Source of the DNA: a virus | Direction: 5' to 3' (one strand) | Virus genome (UHGV): UHGV-0203063 | Length of the DNA stretch: 64,000 bases | In this document: one piece after another, positions 58,636-64,000 of the stretch | Layout of the letters: each line of letters begins with the position of its first letter | Numbering within the stretch: the first letter of the stretch is position 1 | Notes under the pieces: model-generated | The model's database searches: none | Told to the model about the DNA's origin: nothing | Seen by the model: only the letters and a program-made list of their open reading frames with translations | Position numbers and translations under genes: made by a program

Positions 58636-59637
58636 TTATTCAGAACCCAAAGTTTGTTTCATATCATCAAGATTTACTGCCTCTCCTCCATACAAATCAT
58701 CAGATTCTTTCTTATAAATCCAGTGTTCAACTGGTTCTTTCATACTCACCATACCAGTCATTAAACCGATACGCGTGCACTCATAATTCATCGCGTCGTC
58801 AATCGCAGACAACAAAATCAAGAATTTTCTCATCGTTAATTTGTAAATGTCTTCGATTTTATAACACGATTTCGCCGAAACGCAAACAATCTTCCTTTCG
58901 AGCGTCGCCGTTCCAGCATTGTTTTTCTTTGCCAAAAGCCTTTGTTTCTCCGCTTGGTCAGCTCTCATATCAGGGTCAACCCAAGTATCATCTTTAAAGT
59001 CAGGCAAATTTTGATACATCACGATTTGTCTCAAACGGTCGAAGTCTTCCGACGTTATCGTAATTCCGTTAATCAAAATTTCGTATTTTTTAGTTTCGGG
59101 GTTCATTCGATATTTTATGTTTATATCGAAGTCCTCCTCCTCACCTTCTTCGCCTTTATAACACTCGCAATGAAAGGGATGTTCTTTATCGAGTGCTTTT
59201 ATTAAAAACTCTTGATAATCGTAAACTTTTCCGCATTTCGCACAACGAATACCATATTTCACGTGAAAAACCAATTCGCAAATGCGTATAAAATACTGCG
59301 AAATTCGAGCCTGTTCTTCCTTCGCCTTTTTCTCTTCGGCGGCTTTTTCTAACGCGCCTTTCGGCGGTCCATCTTCATCTTGTTGTTCGGCCTTCCCGCT
59401 CATCTTCAGTAAAAGATATTCGAGGTTAGTTTTCTCTTCATTTCCTTCTACATCGTCTTTATTAAGTGTCAAACACTCCGACGCGGCTAAAAATTCATCA
59501 TGATACCGAACGTTTATCGGGTATAACATTAAACCGTCTTTAAATGGAACGGGCTCATCGAATTGAAAATACGTCGCATTAAGCCGATTAAGCTCATCAA
59601 CGAGACTTTGAGGTAAATTCGGATTATAAATTTTCAC
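58636..59637 (-). CDS. putative tail assembly/structural protein
   Basis: I...DFD.LR.I...QN, I..LT.RKF and HWIY motifs; position before tail tube. Confidence 0.6.
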   Translation of the reverse strand: MKIYNPNLPQSLVDELNRLNATYFQFDEPVPFKDGLMLYPINVRYHDEFLAASECLTLNKDDVEGNEEKTNLEYLLLKMSGKAEQQDEDGPPKGALEKAAEEKKAKEEQARISQYFIRICELVFHVKYGIRCAKCGKVYDYQEFLIKALDKEHPFHCECYKGEEGEEEDFDINIKYRMNPETKKYEILINGITITSEDFDRLRQIVMYQNLPDFKDDTWVDPDMRADQAEKQRLLAKKNNAGTATLERKIVCVSAKSCYKIEDIYKLTMRKFLILLSAIDDAMNYECTRIGLMTGMVSMKEPVEHWIYKKESDDLYGGEAVNLDDMKQTLGSE

Positions 59638-59650
59638 TTAAATTACCTCC

Positions 59651-60325
59651 TCACCATCCGCAATCAGGATTAACCGTTTCTTGCGCCATAACCGTCGAAA
59701 ATGTAACCGAATAACCAAAATACGAACGGTCGTTCCAGACGTAACTTCTTACCCCGCAATACGGGCTTGTCAGTTGGTTACACTGCAACGTACCGACGCC
59801 ATCGACATATAAACCATTCAAAATAGCCAAAACGCACTTCAAAATAGTAGTCGCGCGGCTCTTCGTCGGAATTAAGATGTTCCCATCTTCATCGGTTTCA
59901 GTCGGATTCGTCAGCGGGTTTTCTTCGTCATCCGCATCACCGTAAACATTGTTGATTTTGTTATGAACTATAATTTCGAGCGTTACATCGACTTTCGAGC
60001 GAACTTGATCAAAAGGCTCGATTCGGCTCACGTAAACGTCGAGCCTCGAAGCCTGCTTTGTCCAACCGTCATCGATGAACGGAAGTAAAAATACGTTATA
60101 ATTACCCGCGTCGCCATTGTCGCGATAAACCATTTTATACTTTTCTTTGTTGTTGAGTTCATCGTTCATAAGGCAATCGGGCGTGTTATATTTCAGCAAC
60201 TTCCACAAATACTTGCCGTATTTCGAGTCACTGTTTACTAACGCGTGTATAATTCGCCATTCCAACCCGTCAAGGTCGTTATAACGGTTATACCCGTTGT
60301 CATCAAAATACATAGGAAGCCCCAT
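59651..60325 (-). CDS. putative tail terminator/completion protein
   Basis: position; LW.LL.Y..PD.L, LNG....GVG.L. Confidence 0.55.
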   Translation of the reverse strand: MGLPMYFDDNGYNRYNDLDGLEWRIIHALVNSDSKYGKYLWKLLKYNTPDCLMNDELNNKEKYKMVYRDNGDAGNYNVFLLPFIDDGWTKQASRLDVYVSRIEPFDQVRSKVDVTLEIIVHNKINNVYGDADDEENPLTNPTETDEDGNILIPTKSRATTILKCVLAILNGLYVDGVGTLQCNQLTSPYCGVRSYVWNDRSYFGYSVTFSTVMAQETVNPDCGW

Positions 60326-60349
60326 GTGCGTTTCCTCCTTTTCTCACTT

Positions 60350-61654
60350 TTACTCAAGCCCACGAAGGCTCAAAACAAACGACTGTTTCATCTCTTTGCC
60401 TGTCGGACTGTTTTCTGCCGATATATAAGCCATAACGACGAGTTCTTTGCGAGCGTAAACTTTCAGCCTGCGAAGTGTGAACGTGCCTTTATCGTCATCG
60501 TCAACAACTTCGACGTATTTCTCGTAATCAGCCATATCGACAATGTAGAAGTCTTCACCGTCTTTCGTGATAAGGAACGCATAACCCGCGTAAGCGTTCG
60601 GGTCATAAGCCGCGAACGGCACAAGCGTACCAAGCGTTATGCTGATATTGACGGGCGCTTCGACCAACGCGTCGCCTTGGAATAAGCCGACTTTGAACGT
60701 AATCGGTTCGCTGTATAATTCGGTCGGCATCGGAGTGGGTTCGTAGAATCTGAACGTATATCCCTCGCTAACATCAGGCGGCGTAACCGTAATTTGGTCT
60801 TCCGCTTTATTGTATGCGAGATAAACGTGCTCTTTCCCGTAAACCTCTTTATCGAAGATATCTTGCTCGCTCTTTTGGTCAACGGTCGCGTATAACACGA
60901 TTAACCCGTTATCCCTCGCTTTGTAAGTACTTCGGCTGTTATAATTTTCGATGTTCGTTACTTTATAAACCGTGTCGTAGCCGACGATAAAGCGTTGGTT
61001 CACGTAATAACCGCGCGTGTAATCGTTCGCCTGAACAATCATCACAATGCTGTCTTTTTGTGTCAAAATCGTTTCGTTGAAATGGAAACCAGTTCCAGAC
61101 AAATCGGTTCCTGCGATAACTTCTTCGATATGAACGTCGTTATAACCGTCTGCGTTTTTGAAAACTGAAGCAATCGTGCCGTTACAACGAGTTATTGCAA
61201 CCGCGCTCATCGGGTCAGTTTCGTTTAGGTTTGTAATGAGCCAGCAGAACTTATCCACGTCATCTTCTTCGAGATCGAAGTTAAACGAGAAACGGTATTT
61301 CATTCCGAGAAGTTTGTTGTGTTGAATATCACGGAACACGAGCTTTTTATAATCGTCCGCAAGTTTTTCGCCTTTGTCGTTTTTGAGCGTCTGGATAACA
61401 ACCTCAATCGGGGTGTATTTATCCGTACCCCAATCTTCGATCTCTTGTTCTTCGACGTCAACTCTGTTAGGACGATATTTCCAATCGGCATCGATTTTGT
61501 CCTGTAATGTGTGTAAGTAGTAGTTATATTTTGAATAATTCTTCGGCGTTTGAGAGATTGTTTTGTAAGGTTCTCCGTTATTAGCGCCGACGTTGTTTTC
61601 GAGATCGTAAACATAAGAAGTTGGGGTGAACGCGCTGTTTATTACTTTGCTCAT
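60350..61654 (-). CDS. putative head-closure/neck protein
   Basis: WL.......A.I.RCN, NQRFI....YKV; position in head-tail block. Confidence 0.55.
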   Translation of the reverse strand: MSKVINSAFTPTSYVYDLENNVGANNGEPYKTISQTPKNYSKYNYYLHTLQDKIDADWKYRPNRVDVEEQEIEDWGTDKYTPIEVVIQTLKNDKGEKLADDYKKLVFRDIQHNKLLGMKYRFSFNFDLEEDDVDKFCWLITNLNETDPMSAVAITRCNGTIASVFKNADGYNDVHIEEVIAGTDLSGTGFHFNETILTQKDSIVMIVQANDYTRGYYVNQRFIVGYDTVYKVTNIENYNSRSTYKARDNGLIVLYATVDQKSEQDIFDKEVYGKEHVYLAYNKAEDQITVTPPDVSEGYTFRFYEPTPMPTELYSEPITFKVGLFQGDALVEAPVNISITLGTLVPFAAYDPNAYAGYAFLITKDGEDFYIVDMADYEKYVEVVDDDDKGTFTLRRLKVYARKELVVMAYISAENSPTGKEMKQSFVLSLRGLE

Positions 61655-62001
61655 TTCGCCGCCTCCTTCTCACGAGCGTCAATCGAATCAATAAGATAGT
61701 TAATTTTACGCTTTATCTCGAAAATTTGTTTTTTTATTGCTTTGAATTCGACCTTGTTGAAATCACGATAAACCACATTAAGTTTTACGATTATTTCAAC
61801 CAGTTCGTTGTCGAATAATTGGTTAGCCGAGTTTAGCTCGACGAGTTGTCCGTATATGAAATCACGAGGGTCAATTCCTGTTTCTTCTCTCTCCTCAACA
61901 AGATGCAAAATCTTTATCATCTTGCCGATAAGTTTTTCGAGGAATTTCTTTTTCGCGGCGTCGGAAATTATTATGCGGTTTTCAAACGTATTAGTATCCA
62001 T
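61651..62001 (-). CDS. hypothetical protein
   Basis: 116 aa, overlaps both neighbours. Confidence 0.7.
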   Translation of the reverse strand: MDTNTFENRIIISDAAKKKFLEKLIGKMIKILHLVEEREETGIDPRDFIYGQLVELNSANQLFDNELVEIIVKLNVVYRDFNKVEFKAIKKQIFEIKRKINYLIDSIDAREKEAAK

Positions 62002-62701
62002 ACCAACTCACGCTCCTGTTCCGCAAATCCCAATCGAGTTTGTTCTGCAACGAATAAATCTCGAACTGCAAATCCTTTACCCAATCGGTTTTCGTCTTCA
62101 ATGAGTTTGCGGGCGAATGAAGTTTGAAGTCGGTGTCATTGAGCAAATTACGAATATCAAGCAAGAAATTTTGCTCTTTCTCTGCCCACGCGATTACCGT
62201 TGTTCTTGCGAGTATTTCCGTTACACGCTTTGTCATCGAATCGCCAATTGCTTTCCCTGCGGCGACAAAATCCGCCGTAAATGCGCCTGCTTTATACCAC
62301 TCGATTTCATATTGTTCGCCATCGTCCACGGGGTTCGCGAACTCGACGGTTTTAGCGGTCGCGTCATAAGTCGCTTCCGTTTGGTGTTTAATTAACACGC
62401 CTTTTTTATTCGGCGTGTCTATGTAAAATACAATCTCCGCGTCTTTGGGTATGTCCATCGTGACATTGTAAATCTGCTTTCCAGCTTCGCACTTTCCGAT
62501 TTCTGTCTCGCCAGTCGGTTTGTCGTACTGTGCAAGCGCGTCGGATACTTTTATCGGGTTGGAAAAGTAACTTAAACCGTTGATGAGGAAATTGTACATT
62601 ATTTTCTGAAATTCAATTGTGTTTGTTAAATATGCTCTGTTGATATCAGGATCGTCGATTAGATTGACTGTCCTTTCGTATATATCTGAAAATTGAATCA
62701 T
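61991..62701 (-). CDS. putative head-tail adaptor
   Basis: F.DIY N-terminus; EILA.....W and DFKLHSPAN.L motifs of SPbeta-like adaptors. Confidence 0.6.
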   Translation of the reverse strand: MIQFSDIYERTVNLIDDPDINRAYLTNTIEFQKIMYNFLINGLSYFSNPIKVSDALAQYDKPTGETEIGKCEAGKQIYNVTMDIPKDAEIVFYIDTPNKKGVLIKHQTEATYDATAKTVEFANPVDDGEQYEIEWYKAGAFTADFVAAGKAIGDSMTKRVTEILARTTVIAWAEKEQNFLLDIRNLLNDTDFKLHSPANSLKTKTDWVKDLQFEIYSLQNKLDWDLRNRSVSWYGY

Positions 62702-62737
62702 AACGATCCTCCGTTAATTATATTATAGGAAATTATA

Positions 62738-62968
62738 TGACGGTCTCCCTTCCGCCCACCCAATCGGCTTTCGCCGCCGCCGTACTCATATCGCGCCATA
62801 AGCGGCTTCTTGCTCTGTCCCCGTTATTATTTAAAGTTGTATGACCACACAACACCCTGTTTCCGCCAATTATGATGGGATGGTTGCGTACTCCAATAGT
62901 GCAGTTTTTCAACGCTACTCTGCTTCGCGATATGATTAAGCCCGACCTCATATAATGAAATCGGGCTT
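62738..62968 (-). ncRNA. candidate structured RNA, family not recognised
   Basis: GC-rich intergenic; 10-bp long-range stem UCAUAUCGCG/CGCGAUAUGA; GAAA-capped hairpins; 14-bp hairpin with G-U pairs. Confidence 0.5.
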
Positions 62969-62985
62969 TTATTTGTTTGGTTAAA

Positions 62986-63666
62986 TTAGTATCTTACGAT
63001 GTTCGGTCTTGTCGCAGTCTGCGTGCTCGAAGGTTTTCTGTCAAGCTCGACTAAAAGATTTTCGAGCTTTCCGCCCGTTATATCATTAAATGTCTTGACG
63101 CGTCGAATATCTCTAAATCTCGGATCACCATCATAAGCGCATCTAAGCCAATAACTTACGAGGTTTTCTTGACCATATTCGGGCAGTCTTCCATAAACTT
63201 CTTCGATTCTCGACATTGGAATATCTCCGAGTGTTTTGATAAACGTTTTGTCTATCGGGCAATCACTTACGGTTGTTACGCCGTATTTTTTCGCTTCCTC
63301 TTCGTAACCCTTTGCGACGCAAAGCAAACCTTTTGCAAACCACCCTCTATGTTTTGAAAGCAATTCCTCGAACTGCTGCGTGGTAAGCTCTCTTTCTTCA
63401 CCAAATTCAGTCATACCAATATATAGATTGGAAAGATGAATATTGGTTCCAAGCGAAGGATCCATCTGTGCAAGATGTACGATCTTGATTTTACCTTCTG
63501 GTTTAGCTACGTTTGTCGCAGAAGCCATCATCTGGTTTGAAGCCATCGTCTGCATGAGTTGCGCCATAAGGGCGATTGCGTCGTCAATTTTGGAAGTTTT
63601 TTGTTCCGCTTTTTTTGTGGTAACTTCCTCAATAACATCTTCTTTTTTTGTCGTTGTTGTTGCCAT
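62986..63666 (-). CDS. hypothetical protein of the head module
   Basis: 226 aa, AGGAG RBS; FGE.R.L, WF.KG. Confidence 0.7.
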   Translation of the reverse strand: MATTTTKKEDVIEEVTTKKAEQKTSKIDDAIALMAQLMQTMASNQMMASATNVAKPEGKIKIVHLAQMDPSLGTNIHLSNLYIGMTEFGEERELTTQQFEELLSKHRGWFAKGLLCVAKGYEEEAKKYGVTTVSDCPIDKTFIKTLGDIPMSRIEEVYGRLPEYGQENLVSYWLRCAYDGDPRFRDIRRVKTFNDITGGKLENLLVELDRKPSSTQTATRPNIVRY

Positions 63667-63728
63667 AATTTTCTCCTTTTACTACTTTTATCATACAAAA
63701 ACGCCGCTTGCGCGACTTTTGTTTTAAC

Positions 63729-64000
63729 TTATTTCTTTTCCCAGTATTTATAACCTGCATTATATATTTGTAACTTCCCAGCCATAATACAAGTTGGTTC
63801 AAATGTATCTTTACACACATATCCGCTATTGATTAATAAATAATCTGGAACTTTACCGTTTTCAATTATATAATTTTTTTGATTGAATACCATTGTGCAG
63901 TTTAATATTGATAAGATATTATTATATATCTGATTTTTTATATCCCATTCATACTCATAAAAATGATATAGAAACACACCATTTTGAGCTGCCTGTTCAA
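63729..64000 (-). CDS. 3' end of a putative homing-endonuclease-like protein (runs in from beyond the window)
   Basis: frame open to window edge (EQAAQNGVFLYHFYEYEW...); G..L.H..E.EW and IY..G...W patterns; AT-rich. Confidence 0.55.
   Translation of the reverse strand, partial: EQAAQNGVFLYHFYEYEWDIKNQIYNNILSILNCTMVFNQKNYIIENGKVPDYLLINSGYVCKDTFEPTCIMAGKLQIYNAGYKYWEKK

Noticed and set aside
62733..62951. 72-aa ORF, or a tmRNA/SRP/tRNA identity for the intergenic region
   Set aside because: The ORF has no RBS and starts inside a hairpin. There is no acceptor/T-arm, no tag ending in AA-stop, and no intact SRP helix-8 motif.
1..64000. The many plus-strand ORFs and short nested minus-strand ORFs in the track
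   Set aside because: They are shadows of tightly packed minus-strand genes, with no RBS and no recognisable motifs.

Overview
A 64 kb segment of a large tailed dsDNA bacteriophage. It is probably a long-tailed siphovirus of a Firmicutes/Clostridia host, inferred from strong GGAGG ribosome-binding sites, sigmaA-type promoters, an SPbeta-like head-tail gene set and a DnaE-type polymerase. Essentially all real genes are on the minus strand. Reading in transcription order (right to left): neck, tail-tube and chaperone genes (63.7-57.5 kb); a block of fibre/adhesin-like genes with a holin and a tyrosine recombinase, parts of it bracketed by direct repeats that contain RBS+ATG (57.3-45.5 kb); a ~3060-aa tape-measure gene split by a group I intron carrying a homing endonuclease (44.9-34.5 kb); tail-tip genes (34.4-28.3 kb); then an early/replication region (28.2-0 kb) with primase, DnaE, a PD-(D/E)XK exonuclease, a RuvC-like resolvase, a DNA methyltransferase, free-standing endonucleases and about 50 small hypothetical ORFs. 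That early region is punctuated by six perfect TTGACA-N17-TATAAT promoters, three of them built into hairpins. The most notable observations are: (1) the intron's P1/P10/P9.0 pairings place an A, not the near-universal G, at its last position; (2) the tape-measure protein begins with a PD-(D/E)XK nuclease-like domain; (3) direct-repeat-bounded fibre-gene cassettes lie next to a recombinase; (4) promoter-in-hairpin cassettes show covarying stems; (5) a ~230-nt structured intergenic RNA candidate. All product calls come from motif recognition by eye; no database searches were run.
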